Below are positions 38,674 through 48,897 of a stretch of 64,000 nt of DNA, piece after piece. The stretch comes from Verrucomicrobiia bacterium. GTDB taxonomy: Bacteria; Verrucomicrobiota; Verrucomicrobiia; Palsa-1439. Location: contig DATKNW010000043.1 of NCBI GenBank assembly GCA_035541135.1, positions 17,755-81,754 of the forward strand, in the 5' to 3' direction. Below the pieces are notes generated by a model that made no database searches, was not told where the DNA came from, and saw nothing but the letters and a program-made list of their open reading frames with translations. Numbering within the stretch: the first letter of the stretch is position 1; each line of letters opens with the position of its first letter. Position numbers and translations under genes: made by a program.

Positions 38674-40299
38674 ATGAGCCGAAGACAAACAGCTCCGCAC
38701 TCGGCGTCATCCAGCGGCGCTCCCCTGACAACGGTTCCGGTCGGATCGCACAACCATTGGGCGGCTGCTGGCGTCTGCCTGTTTCTCGTGGGCGCCATTT
38801 TCGTGGGGTTCGGCCAGACGCTCCGGTATGGATTCGTCGACTACGACGACGACGGATATGTGTACAAAAACCCGCACGTCATTCACGGCCTGGATTTGAA
38901 AGGAGTCGCGTGGGCGTTTACCCATAGCGTCATGGCCAATTGGCATCCACTGACCGTGATGTCGCACATGCTGGATTGCCAGGTCTATGGCCTCAACGCC
39001 GGCGGACACCATCTCACCAATCTCCTCCTCCATGCGGCTACCGCTGTTCTGTTGTTTCTGGTTTTGCGCCGGATGACACAGGTCCTGTGGCCCAGCGCGT
39101 TCGTGGCGGCGGTATTTGCCATCCATCCGTTGCGGGTGGAATCGGTGGCGTGGATCGCGGAACGCAAGGATGTGTTGAGCGGGCTGTTCTTCGTGCTGAC
39201 GCTCGGGGCTTATGTCCGCTACGTCTGTGCACCGCCGTCATGGGGCCGCTATCTGACGGTGGTCTTCCTTTTCACGCTTGGGCTGATGTCCAAACCGATG
39301 CTGGTGACCGTGCCGTTCGTGTTGTTGTTGCTGGACTACTGGCCGCTGAACCGGCGCGGCGCGACCAATCGCCTTTCGACATGGTGGAGGCTCCTTGTCG
39401 AGAAGATCCCGCTCTTCGCATGCTCATTTGCTCTATGCCTGGTGACATTTCTGGTTCAGCGAAAGGACACCGGGATTCCTTTCCCCCTGAGAATCAGCAA
39501 TGCTCTCGTATCGTATGTCGCCTATTGCGGACAGATGTTTTGGCCCGTGCATCTGGCCGTCTTGTATCCTTATCCAATCAACGGCTTGCCGACCGGGAGA
39601 GTCGTCCTGGCATCCGTGTTGTTGATTGTCGTCTCGCTGGGCGCGTTGTTCTGGAGGCGAAGCCGTCCATACTTCTTGATGGGCTGGCTGTGGTATCTGG
39701 GGATGTTGGCACCGGCAATCGGGGTGGTGGCACAGGCCGGAGCCCAGTCGCGCGCGGACCGTTACACCTATCTGCCGCAAATTGGTCTGTACATTCTTGT
39801 GACCTGGATGGCGGTTGAGCTGACCGCCTCGTGGCGAAGTCGCCGCTGGGTGTTGGGCACCAGTGCATTGGTCGTTCTGGCGGTCTTGATTGCTTGTGCC
39901 AGAGTGCAAACCGCCTACTGGCGCGATAGCCGATCGTTGTGGACCCACGCACTGGCCTGTACCACGGACAACAGCATCGCCGAAAATAACCTGGCCTGGA
40001 TCCTGGGGACACTCCCGCCAACCGAAGGCGGCGATCCTGTTCGTGCCATAACCCTGGCTCGACATGCGTGCGAGTTGACCGGCAACAGTGACGCGGACTC
40101 GCTCGACACACTGGCTGTCGCCTACGCGGCCAACGGCCGGTTCGACGACGCCGCCGAAACGACGCAAAAGGCCATTGCGTTGGCACGCGCGGACGGACAG
40201 ACAGCGCTGGCCGAAAAAATGGAGGCCCGGCTGGAGTTGTATCGCGGCCGGAATGCCTACCGCCCGCCCGCCGACGCAACGACGCAGGGCAACCCGTGA
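38674..40299 (+). CDS. TMTC-like membrane protein with C-terminal TPR repeats.
   Basis: YGFVDYDDDGYV, IHPLRVESVAWIAERKDVLSGLFF, and a C-terminal module nearly identical to the previous gene (LAVAYAANGRFDDAAETTQKAIALARADGQ). Confidence 0.7.
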   Translation: MSRRQTAPHSASSSGAPLTTVPVGSHNHWAAAGVCLFLVGAIFVGFGQTLRYGFVDYDDDGYVYKNPHVIHGLDLKGVAWAFTHSVMANWHPLTVMSHMLDCQVYGLNAGGHHLTNLLLHAATAVLLFLVLRRMTQVLWPSAFVAAVFAIHPLRVESVAWIAERKDVLSGLFFVLTLGAYVRYVCAPPSWGRYLTVVFLFTLGLMSKPMLVTVPFVLLLLDYWPLNRRGATNRLSTWWRLLVEKIPLFACSFALCLVTFLVQRKDTGIPFPLRISNALVSYVAYCGQMFWPVHLAVLYPYPINGLPTGRVVLASVLLIVVSLGALFWRRSRPYFLMGWLWYLGMLAPAIGVVAQAGAQSRADRYTYLPQIGLYILVTWMAVELTASWRSRRWVLGTSALVVLAVLIACARVQTAYWRDSRSLWTHALACTTDNSIAENNLAWILGTLPPTEGGDPVRAITLARHACELTGNSDADSLDTLAVAYAANGRFDDAAETTQKAIALARADGQTALAEKMEARLELYRGRNAYRPPADATTQGNP

Positions 40300-40319
40300 G
40301 ATGGAAGATTGGCGGGACG

Positions 40320-42176
40320 CTAGGGAAGCGGCACCGGTTTCGGAGGCGATTCCTTCCGCTGACGTTGCTGCAGATCTTCCAGGAGTTGTCGGCCCCCTTC
40401 CAAATCCGGCTTCAGGCGCAAGGCGGTCTCCACGTGCTCGATCGCCTCGGGTAATCGCTCCGGCACCCTGGACAATGCCACGCCCAGGTTCCAGTGGGCC
40501 TCGGCGTAATCCGGCCGGATGCGCAAGGCCGTTTCGATGTGGGTGATGGCCTCGGGCAACCGCCCGGGAACATCGATCAGCAGGTCCCCAAAATTGTTCT
40601 GTGTCTCCGCGCAATCCGGATCGTAGCGGAGCGCTGCCTCGAAATGCTCGATCGCCTCCGCCGTCCGACCGGGAATCCCGCCCAGAACCACCGCCAGGTT
40701 GCTGTGGGCTTCGGCATAATCCGGTTTGTACCGCAACGCCGTCTCAAACTGCTCAATCGCGTCCGGAGTTCGACCGGGAATATTGGCCAGGATGCAGCCC
40801 AGATTGCCGTGCCCCTCGGCAAAATCGGGCCGGTACCGAAGCGTTGTCTCCCACTCGTCGATCACTTCCTGCTGGCGGCCGGGAACACCGTTCAGGGCGT
40901 CTCCCAGATTGTAGTGAGCGATCCAGCTTGTCGGGTTGTGCGCCAGGGCGTCCCGATACAGCGTCTCCGCATCCCGAAAGATCCGACTGTGCCGCCACGT
41001 CAGCGCTCCCAGTATCGCCAGCAAACTCACCGCGAACACCGGCGCCGCTCGACGCGCGGCCCCTGGGAGTTTCTCCGCGAGCGAAGCCGCGCTCGCCGCA
41101 AACAGCACGATGATTCCCAAACAGGCCAGGTACTGCTGGTGGTCCCCGACCGGAGAAAACACGAACCAAACCACGTTGAAAAAGCCCGCCACCGGAAAGA
41201 GCGTTCCCGCAAAGATCAGCACCGCCGCCAGCGGGCCCGGGCTTCGCCGCGCCGCCCACGCCAACGCCGCCAGGGCAACGAGCACGGCGAGCGGGAATGC
41301 ATATTGCCAGGCTGCGCCGGGATCCACGGTCCACCGCGGGTAGATGAAGGTCAGGTTGACCGGCCACATCAGCTTGCCCAGATAAAACCAGAACGCGCGT
41401 CCCGCCACCAATCCGCGCTCGAGCCACGACAACGAGAAATCCCCGGGATGCGCCGCACAGCTTCGCCGTTCCAACCACGCGACCGGCAGGACGGCGGTCA
41501 CGCCCATCACAAACCATGGGAGCAACGGCCGCACGTCGTGGTTCCATTCGATCCGTCCCCGTTTCCACCAGATGATCACCAGCAACACCGCCGGCAGGGT
41601 GATCACCAGCGACTTGCTCAGCATCGCCAGGACAAACAATCCCAGCGCACCGGCATAGTCTCCCCGGTTGCGCTTCTCATCAAAGCGCAGGTAAACCAAA
41701 ACCGAAGCCAGGCCGAAGAAGACGGAAAGCGTGTTCTTTTGTTCCGAGATCCACGCCACCGATTCAACACAGACGGGATGAAGCGCATAGATGAAACCGG
41801 CCAGCCACGCCCCGGGCAACGCCAACCGACGCACGATCGCCACGAGAAGACAGGCCGATCCGGCGTGCAGCAGCACATTCGTCAGGTGATACCCCAGCAC
41901 GGCCTCACCCCACAACCGGTATTCCAGCCAGAACGCGGTGTGCAGAATCGGGTAATACTGGTGTGTCGCCCCGATCTTCGACCAAATCCGCCACAGACCG
42001 GCCAGCGACCGCAACGCCGGCGCGGTCACATGTTCCGTGTCGTCCGTGACGAAACCGCCGTGGAGGCACGGTTGGTAGGCCAGCACCGTCGCGCCGAATA
42101 ACAGCAACCCCAGCCCGATTTGTTTCAGGCGGCCCGTCTTAGAATTCGTCGCAGCGATGGATTGCCGCTCGTGCAT
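40320..42176 (-). CDS. TMTC-like membrane protein with C-terminal TPR repeats.
   Basis: YQPCLHGGFVTDDTEHV, LHPVCVESVAWISEQKNTLSVFFG, and a long C-terminal TPR array. Confidence 0.7.
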   Translation of the reverse strand: MHERQSIAATNSKTGRLKQIGLGLLLFGATVLAYQPCLHGGFVTDDTEHVTAPALRSLAGLWRIWSKIGATHQYYPILHTAFWLEYRLWGEAVLGYHLTNVLLHAGSACLLVAIVRRLALPGAWLAGFIYALHPVCVESVAWISEQKNTLSVFFGLASVLVYLRFDEKRNRGDYAGALGLFVLAMLSKSLVITLPAVLLVIIWWKRGRIEWNHDVRPLLPWFVMGVTAVLPVAWLERRSCAAHPGDFSLSWLERGLVAGRAFWFYLGKLMWPVNLTFIYPRWTVDPGAAWQYAFPLAVLVALAALAWAARRSPGPLAAVLIFAGTLFPVAGFFNVVWFVFSPVGDHQQYLACLGIIVLFAASAASLAEKLPGAARRAAPVFAVSLLAILGALTWRHSRIFRDAETLYRDALAHNPTSWIAHYNLGDALNGVPGRQQEVIDEWETTLRYRPDFAEGHGNLGCILANIPGRTPDAIEQFETALRYKPDYAEAHSNLAVVLGGIPGRTAEAIEHFEAALRYDPDCAETQNNFGDLLIDVPGRLPEAITHIETALRIRPDYAEAHWNLGVALSRVPERLPEAIEHVETALRLKPDLEGGRQLLEDLQQRQRKESPPKPVPLP

Positions 42177-42283
42177 CTGCTGAAGATTCCATGATACCAA
42201 CTCGCCTCCCCCGGCGAAACAATCGTTTCTCCGTCTCGCGCGCCGCCGCGACGGAACGAGGCGCGACACCGGGGTGGATCCGT

Positions 42284-42326
42284 ATCGAAAAAAACGGGGA
42301 CCCGGCCACCGGGCTGCCGGGTCCCC
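42284..42326 (-). terminator. Intrinsic terminator shared by the beta-helix paralogs (copy A).
   Basis: Perfect 11-bp stem GGGGACCCGGC / GCCGGGTCCCC with a 9-nt loop, followed on the minus strand by TTTTTTT. It lies about 50 bp downstream of the stop of beta-helix gene 42378..43193. Confidence 0.7.
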
Positions 42327-42377
42327 GAAACCTCCGCGCATCCACTACGGCGGCGCGGAACCACGCAACGCACGACG

Positions 42378-43193
42378 CTACTGCTGCATCGTGCAGTTGC
42401 TCAGCACGCAATTGCCAAGGACGTCCTTGTTCTTGTTGCTGTAGCTGTGGCAGGACGTGAGCTTGATCGCGGCGGTGTTGTGGTTCGTGTCGAATCCGCG
42501 CGCGGTCGAGCCGGCCGTGTTGTTGTGGGCCGTGCAACTGCTGTATGTATGCGCCACGTTGTACTGGCCGCCCATCTTGAACCCATCGCCATTGCCCTGC
42601 GCTCCATTGTAACTGCCGTTGCTGTACGCCTGGCAGCCGCTGACGGTCACTGGAGCGGTCGCCTCGTAGAAATCGAAGCCGTCGTCCGAGTTGTTGTACG
42701 AAATGCAACTCGAGAACGAAATGCCCGACCCGGATGCACTCTTGACGCCGAACCCATCGGCATTGCCGCCGCCGGGATCCGCATTGCCATAGGCGGTGCA
42801 GCCCGAGATCGTGGCGCTGCTCGCCCCGTCACAGTTGATGGCCGTGTCGTGGTTCCCCGTCGCCGTGCAGTTGACGACCTTGCAGCCGGACGCGTAAATA
42901 TTGGCGGCACGATTGGCCCCCTTGATCGTGAGGCTTTGCAGTGTCGCGTTGGCTCCCTTCATGGTGAAACCGTCGCGCGTGGAGTCGTTGAAGGTGAACG
43001 TCGCCGGCCCCTTGACCGTTACCCCGGCCGGCACCTTCATGGGACTGACTGTATACGAGCCGGAACATTGCACCGTGGTTCCGGACGTGGCATTTTGAAT
43101 CGTGTCGCGAATATCGGCTCGGGTCACTGAGACCCCCAACACGGCGACAGACGCGATTACACCCAGGCACATCTGAACTTTTCCGATCTTCAT
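42378..43193 (-). CDS. Secreted right-handed parallel beta-helix repeat protein, paralog 2.
   Basis: Signal peptide MKIGKVQMCLGVIASVAVLGVSVTRA. It shares the repeat architecture of 35816..36651 and the ...NCTMQQ C-terminus. Confidence 0.6.
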   Translation of the reverse strand: MKIGKVQMCLGVIASVAVLGVSVTRADIRDTIQNATSGTTVQCSGSYTVSPMKVPAGVTVKGPATFTFNDSTRDGFTMKGANATLQSLTIKGANRAANIYASGCKVVNCTATGNHDTAINCDGASSATISGCTAYGNADPGGGNADGFGVKSASGSGISFSSCISYNNSDDGFDFYEATAPVTVSGCQAYSNGSYNGAQGNGDGFKMGGQYNVAHTYSSCTAHNNTAGSTARGFDTNHNTAAIKLTSCHSYSNKNKDVLGNCVLSNCTMQQ

Positions 43194-43329
43194 ATCGTCT
43201 CTTCCGTCCTGTTCGTTCCTGTCATTATCATTGGTTTCAGCCCCGCCACGATCGACAGGAAGCACATGACGGGAATGGTCGCTTTTCGCATCGGAACTTC
43301 TCGCACCCGCTGATGCGAAGCGAACGGCT

Positions 43330-43371
43330 GCGATAAACTCGGGGACCCGGCAACCGAGCTGCCGGGCCCCC
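43330..43371 (-). terminator. Intrinsic terminator shared by the beta-helix paralogs (copy B).
   Basis: Homologous to copy A with a 10/11 stem (GGGGACCCGGC / GCCGGGCCCCC). It lies about 55 bp downstream of the stop of gene 43427..44233. Confidence 0.5.
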
Positions 43372-43426
43372 GATACTTCCATGCACTAGTTACGGCCGCG
43401 TGGATTCACCACGCCATGCGCCGTCG

Positions 43427-44233
43427 TTATTGCTGCATCGTGCAGTTGCTCAACGTGCAATTACCCAGCACGTCCTTGTTCTTGTTGCTATAGCTATGGC
43501 AAGAAGAAAGCGCGATCTTCGCGGTATTGTGGTTCGTGTCGAACCCGCGCGCGGTCGAGCCGGCCGTGTTGTTGTGGGCCGTGCAACTGGTGTACTTATG
43601 GGCCTGATTGTAGCTGCCGCCCATCTTGAACCCGTCGCCATTGCCCGTCTTCCCGTTGTAACTGCCGTTGCTGTACGCCTGGCAGCTGCTGACCGTGACC
43701 ACGCCGTTGGCTCCGTAGAAATCAAAGCCGTCGTCGGAGTCGCTATACGCAATGCAACCCGAGAACGAGATCCCCGAGCCGCAGCCATCCTTGACGCCGA
43801 AGCCGTCGGCGTTTCCACCCGAGCTGTCCGCGTTGTCGTACGAGGTGCAGCTCGAGACCGTGCAACTGCTCGCGCCATCGAGATCGATGCCGGTGTCGTG
43901 GTTCCCGGTCGTTGTCAACGACGTGAACTTGCAGCTGGATCCCTTGCAGTACACACCATGTTTCGCCGCTTTGATCGTCAAGCTTTGAAGCGTGACACTG
44001 CTGCCACTGATCGAGAATCCGTCGTTGCTGCTGCTATTGAAGTTGAATGTGGCCGGACCCTTCACCGTCACGCCGGACGGCACAACAATCTTGCTCACGG
44101 TGTATGAGCCAGAACATTGGACGGTGGTTCCCGACTTCGCATTCTGGATCGTGTCGCGAATGTCGGCCTTCGCCACGGAACAAAGCAACAAGGCGGACAT
44201 CGCCACAGCTACATATTTACAGCTCGATGACAT
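43427..44233 (-). CDS. Secreted right-handed parallel beta-helix repeat protein, paralog 3.
   Basis: Signal peptide MSSSCKYVAVAMSALLLCSVAKA with AGGAGA upstream. It is closest to paralog 2 and ends ...NCTLSNCTMQQ. Confidence 0.6.
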   Translation of the reverse strand: MSSSCKYVAVAMSALLLCSVAKADIRDTIQNAKSGTTVQCSGSYTVSKIVVPSGVTVKGPATFNFNSSSNDGFSISGSSVTLQSLTIKAAKHGVYCKGSSCKFTSLTTTGNHDTGIDLDGASSCTVSSCTSYDNADSSGGNADGFGVKDGCGSGISFSGCIAYSDSDDGFDFYGANGVVTVSSCQAYSNGSYNGKTGNGDGFKMGGSYNQAHKYTSCTAHNNTAGSTARGFDTNHNTAKIALSSCHSYSNKNKDVLGNCTLSNCTMQQ

Positions 44234-44796
44234 AGTCCTATCTCCTCTTACTGTTTGTGTTTGGTTGTTTTTCACCCTGCCTCCCTCAGCAGGGGAAAGG
44301 CTGGAGCGAGGCTGGCGCCGCGCTGAAAAAAGTTGTGCGAGCTGGAATGATATTCTCGGGGAACCCGCGGCGGGGCTGAGAAAAAGCCGTGGCAGGACGT
44401 TAATGCCCGACTGATGGGGAATGTCGAGTAACGTGTACGTGGTCCCTTACAGGACCCCACTGGACACTTACATCCCACTTCTCCCGCTCGTGAAAAAGCC
44501 TCGTCGGAAAACGCTTGCAGATTGAGAGAACCACGGCGCAAAGTCAACGCGGGTAGTGTATCATTTTGAATCGGCATCGGCCAAAGCTACGACTTATTCC
44601 TTGTCTCAAACGTGGTCTATCGAGCCCGCTTCCATCGCGGGCGTGCCGCGCGGATTTTTAGCTGGACAATCCTGAACCTCTGCTGCAGTGAGCCGCGAAC
44701 CAACCCAACGCATCTCGGTTGAAATTTTCATGATCGATCAACCGGTGGATTCACGGAGGAAACACTCCCCGCATTCTCCGCCGGCAACTGCTGCCA

Positions 44797-46791
44797 TCAA
44801 GGCTTGGGCGGATTCGCCGCGTTGATGGACTCGTCATACGCGCGTCCGGCGCGATACAATTGGAGCCGACCCGCGATCTTTGCCGCCAATTGCGGCTGCC
44901 CGCCCGAACGCGCAAGCTCCACGCCTTTTTGCGCAACTCGGACAGCCTCATCGAACCGGCCGGCAGCGGCATAGGCGGCCGCGAGCGTGTCGAAATACGC
45001 CGGTTCGGTCTCCCCGGTAAGTTCACAAGCCCGCTTGGCAAGGGTCACAGCCCGAGCCGGGTTGCCACCTTCGGCTGATGGAACTGTCGCCAGCAGCCAG
45101 GCCAGGTTATTGTATGCATCCGTGTCGTCGGGCTTGATCTGGATCGCCCGTTCATAGTGACGGATCGCCTCCCCGATCTTCCCCGACTGCCACAAAGCAA
45201 CCGCCAAATTGTTGTGCGCGTCAACGTAGTCGGGGTCCAGCCGCACTGCTTGTTCGTAATGGGCAATTGCCTCGTCCAGCCGGCCCATCCGCCACAGGGC
45301 CAGCCCCAGATTGTAATGGGCCTCGGGGTAATCGGGCCTCGCCTGAAGCGCCTGCTCATATTGACCGATTGCCTCCCGGGTCCTGTCGGCTCGTTCCAGG
45401 GCGAGCCCCAAATTGTAGTGTGCCTCGGGATAATCCGGCTTGATCTGCAACGCTTGTTGGAGATGCGCAATGGCTTCTTCGACCCGGCCCGCTTGTCCCA
45501 GGGCGCCTCCGAGGTTATTGTGCGCCAACCAATTGTCGCGGGTCACCTGCAAGGTGTGGCCAAACAACGTCTCGGTGCTTCTCCAATACCCAACCTGTAC
45601 CCTGGACAACACGGCGCAGGCCGCCAACACCGCGACTACCCCGAACCACATGGTCGCCCTCAAGCTCCCGCGCTCGATCCTGCCGTATGGCAGGCTCCAA
45701 CACATCATCACAAGCAGCCCAACCATGGGAAGATACGTGTAGCGGTCCGCCATCGATTGTCCGCCAACCTGCACCAACCCAATGACCGGCACCAGCATTC
45801 CCAAATACCAGAACCAACCCGTCACAAGCCACGGCTCCCGACGCGACCGCCAAATCACCACGGTGGTTGCCGCTGCCAGCGCGAGCCCGGCCCCGATCAC
45901 GGCGGCTGCAGACCGCTCGGGGCGGAACGGGTAAAACACAGCCTGGTCCAACGGCCAGAACGTTTTGGCCACATACCGCACGTACGCGAGCAGGGCGTTT
46001 GCCGCCCGCGTTTCGAAGGGCAGCTTCGTCAGGGACACCACCGCTCCACCGCCTCGTTGCGCCCAAACGGTTATCGCGCACGAGACGGCAGCCAGCGCGA
46101 AAAACGGCAGCTTCTCGGTCACCAATCGGTTGACTGGCACGGTTGGTCTCTTGTCGACAGCTCCCTTCGCCCAGCGTGTTCGCCCCAGCGGCCAATAATC
46201 CAGAAGCAACAACACGCACGGCAACGTGACCACCATCGGCTTGGCCAGCAGTCCCAAGCCATACAGTCCCATGGTAAGCCCGTATCGGGCGGGTGTGGGC
46301 CGATCAACGTAGCGGATGTATGCATACACGGTCAGCATCCCAAAGCATGTGCTGAGTACGTCCTTGCGTTCCGCCACCCAGGCGACCGATTCCACATGCA
46401 GCGGATGCAGCGCAAACAGGGCCGCCACACACGCGCTCCGCCATGGCGCGCCCGTCATGCGCAGCCATACGGCAAACAGCAACAGCGTGTTGGCCGCGTG
46501 CAGCAGCACGTTCACCAGATGAAACCCGCCGGCCCACGTCCCAAACATCTCGCGATCCAGCATCAACGAGACCCAGGTTAACGGATGCCAGTTCGCCGCC
46601 TGGCGCGAGGTGAATGCCCACATCAGGTTCTGCGGCGTCAATCCTCCCTGGACCCGTACGCTCTCGGTCACGTACCTGTCGTCGTCGTACCGGACGAAGC
46701 CGGCATGGAGGACCGGCCAGTAGACGACCGCGATGGCTGCCGCCAGACAGAGACCGATGAGCCGATTCCGCTGCTGGGAGGTTGACGTCAT
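44797..46791 (-). CDS. TMTC-like membrane protein with C-terminal TPR repeats.
   Basis: VYWPVLHAGFVRYDDDRYV and LHPLHVESVAWVAERKDVLSTCFG. This is the last gene of a four-gene minus-strand TMTC array. Confidence 0.7.
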   Translation of the reverse strand: MTSTSQQRNRLIGLCLAAAIAVVYWPVLHAGFVRYDDDRYVTESVRVQGGLTPQNLMWAFTSRQAANWHPLTWVSLMLDREMFGTWAGGFHLVNVLLHAANTLLLFAVWLRMTGAPWRSACVAALFALHPLHVESVAWVAERKDVLSTCFGMLTVYAYIRYVDRPTPARYGLTMGLYGLGLLAKPMVVTLPCVLLLLDYWPLGRTRWAKGAVDKRPTVPVNRLVTEKLPFFALAAVSCAITVWAQRGGGAVVSLTKLPFETRAANALLAYVRYVAKTFWPLDQAVFYPFRPERSAAAVIGAGLALAAATTVVIWRSRREPWLVTGWFWYLGMLVPVIGLVQVGGQSMADRYTYLPMVGLLVMMCWSLPYGRIERGSLRATMWFGVVAVLAACAVLSRVQVGYWRSTETLFGHTLQVTRDNWLAHNNLGGALGQAGRVEEAIAHLQQALQIKPDYPEAHYNLGLALERADRTREAIGQYEQALQARPDYPEAHYNLGLALWRMGRLDEAIAHYEQAVRLDPDYVDAHNNLAVALWQSGKIGEAIRHYERAIQIKPDDTDAYNNLAWLLATVPSAEGGNPARAVTLAKRACELTGETEPAYFDTLAAAYAAAGRFDEAVRVAQKGVELARSGGQPQLAAKIAGRLQLYRAGRAYDESINAANPPKP

Positions 46792-46818
46792 CTCAGTGAA
46801 TCACCATGCTTCCTTCCC

Positions 46819-48897
46819 TCAATGGTTCGGGGAGTCACCTGCTGCTCCCGTTTCGCGGTCGGCGTGTCCATCCCGGTAGAATTGAAGCCGTGCCTCGATT
46901 TTTTCGGCAAGCCCCGGCTGTCCGGCAGCGCGGGCAAGCTCGACCGCCTTCTGCGCCGCGGCGACAGCGTCTTCAAATTGGCCGGTGGCAGCGTAGGCCT
47001 GCGCCAGTGTATCGACAAAAGCGGGTGACTGATAGCCCGTCAGTTCGCAGGCATGCCGCGCCAGTGACACGGCGCGAACCGGGTCGCCACCTTGCGCCGG
47101 TGGGAGTGTCGCCTGGAGCCGGGCGAGGTTATGGCACGCCGTGGGATAGTCCGGATTGATGCGCACGGCCTGTTCCAAATGCCGCATCGCCTCCTGCGCA
47201 TTGCCGGCGTGCATCAAGGCGATGCCGAGATTATTGTGGGCCTCGGCAAGACCGGGGTTGAGTTGCAGCGCCCGCTCCCAATGCGGAATCGCTGCCGGCA
47301 CGTGGCCCGTCTGTGCCAGCGCCTCGGCCAGATGATCGTGCGTTTCCGCCGAGTCGGGATCAATTTGTAGCGCCCGCTCGTAATTGCGGATGGCGTCTTC
47401 GAGGTTGCCGGCCCGCGCCCAGGCAAGTCCCAGGTTATAGTATGCTTCGGCATAACCCGGGTTGACCTGCACCGCCTGCTCGATGTGCGCAATCCCCTCC
47501 TCCACTCGCCCCGCCCGCACCAACATGATGCCGAGGTTGTTGTGCGCCTGCGGATCGTCGGGCTTGATTCGCAGCACCCGCTCGAACTGGGTCTCGGCTT
47601 CCGCGCTCCGACCTGTGTTCTGCAACAGGATCCCCAGATTGTTGCGCGCAATCCACGCGCTCGGATTCCTTGCCAGCGTATCGCGCCAGAGGGTCTCGAC
47701 GTCCCGGAATGTGCCTGCATGGCTCCAGGTCAACACCCCGGCCAGTGCCAGCACGACCAGTCCCGCCACCATGCCAACCCGTTCACCCAATCGTCCTGTT
47801 CGCCCGTAGATTTTTGCCCCCGCGGCCGACACCAACGCAATGAAGCCCGCACTGGCCAAGTACTGAAAGTGATCCGCCACAAATGAGTAGCGGAAATAAT
47901 ACACGTTGAATATCCCCAGCACCGGCAGCAGCGCTGTCGCGAAGTAGCCCAATCCGAAAATGCCCGCGCGGGCCCAGCCCCGCTCCCGGCGCCACCACAG
48001 AATGACGGCGACGCCCAGCACCCCGGCCAGTGGCAGCCACGACCAGAGCGAGTTTGCCGCCGCCCATCGTGGGTATACGAACGTCAGTTGCTCGGGCCAC
48101 ACCAATCTCCCCGCGTAAAACCAAAGCGCTTTGCCGGCAATCACCAGCCGATCCGCTGCGGTCAGGGACCAGTCCGCCGTGCCCTCGCGTACGATCTGCC
48201 CGTGCTGCTCGACGATGGCTGTGACCGACAGCAGCAGTGCAAACGCGAAAAACGGCGCCACCCGAACCGCGTCCACCCGCCGCAGGTGTCGCCGGTTCCA
48301 CCACACGCACAGCAACATCGACAACGGCAACACGACCGTCGACGGTTTGCTGAGCATGGCGGCCAGACCTGACAGGACTGCCAGCCAGTACCAAGGACGT
48401 TTTCCGTCGGCGTCAAACCGGAGAAAGAACAGCAGCGCCAGGAAAAAGAAGATGCCCGATTGCGTGTTCTTCAGCTCGGTGACCCAGGCCACCGATTCCA
48501 CGTTGACCGGGTGCAGCACCCAGAGTCCGGCGGCAAACCACGCCGCCGGCACCCGCAGCCGGCGCAGAAGCAAATAGACCAGGAAACCATTAATCGCATG
48601 GAGCGCGACGTTGACCATGTGATACGGCATCGGACTCAGTCCCCACAACCGCCGCTCCACCCAGAAAGTCGTCAGCGTCAGCGGATAGTACCGGGACACG
48701 GACAGGGACGACCAGATCATCCGCAGCCCGTGCGGCGCGGTCATCGCGGGATTCTGAGTCAGATGGTCGTCATCGTCCCAGATGAAGCCCGCCTGCCACA
48801 CGGGCTGGTAGGCTGCGAAGGCGAGCACCACGAGCGCCACAGCCACAAGCCACGTGCGATGGGGCGACTGCTCCCTGTCTGCCGGGGTCGACACCAT
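46819..48897 (-). CDS. TMTC-like membrane protein with C-terminal TPR repeats.
   Basis: YQPVWQAGFIWDDDDHL and LHPVNVESVAWVTELKNTQSGIFFF. The ATG overlaps the upstream gene's stop (ATGA) and GGGAGGAAG lies upstream. Confidence 0.7.
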   Translation of the reverse strand: MVSTPADREQSPHRTWLVAVALVVLAFAAYQPVWQAGFIWDDDDHLTQNPAMTAPHGLRMIWSSLSVSRYYPLTLTTFWVERRLWGLSPMPYHMVNVALHAINGFLVYLLLRRLRVPAAWFAAGLWVLHPVNVESVAWVTELKNTQSGIFFFLALLFFLRFDADGKRPWYWLAVLSGLAAMLSKPSTVVLPLSMLLCVWWNRRHLRRVDAVRVAPFFAFALLLSVTAIVEQHGQIVREGTADWSLTAADRLVIAGKALWFYAGRLVWPEQLTFVYPRWAAANSLWSWLPLAGVLGVAVILWWRRERGWARAGIFGLGYFATALLPVLGIFNVYYFRYSFVADHFQYLASAGFIALVSAAGAKIYGRTGRLGERVGMVAGLVVLALAGVLTWSHAGTFRDVETLWRDTLARNPSAWIARNNLGILLQNTGRSAEAETQFERVLRIKPDDPQAHNNLGIMLVRAGRVEEGIAHIEQAVQVNPGYAEAYYNLGLAWARAGNLEDAIRNYERALQIDPDSAETHDHLAEALAQTGHVPAAIPHWERALQLNPGLAEAHNNLGIALMHAGNAQEAMRHLEQAVRINPDYPTACHNLARLQATLPPAQGGDPVRAVSLARHACELTGYQSPAFVDTLAQAYAATGQFEDAVAAAQKAVELARAAGQPGLAEKIEARLQFYRDGHADRETGAAGDSPNH

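Noticed and set aside
44276-44796. The 520-bp gap between a beta-helix gene and the TMTC operon, including the 101-aa ORF at 44272..44577. A small regulator or an ncRNA was considered.
   Set aside because: The ORF translation is low complexity with no RBS. Only a short 5-bp inverted repeat (GGTCC...GGACC) is present, which is insufficient to call an RNA gene.
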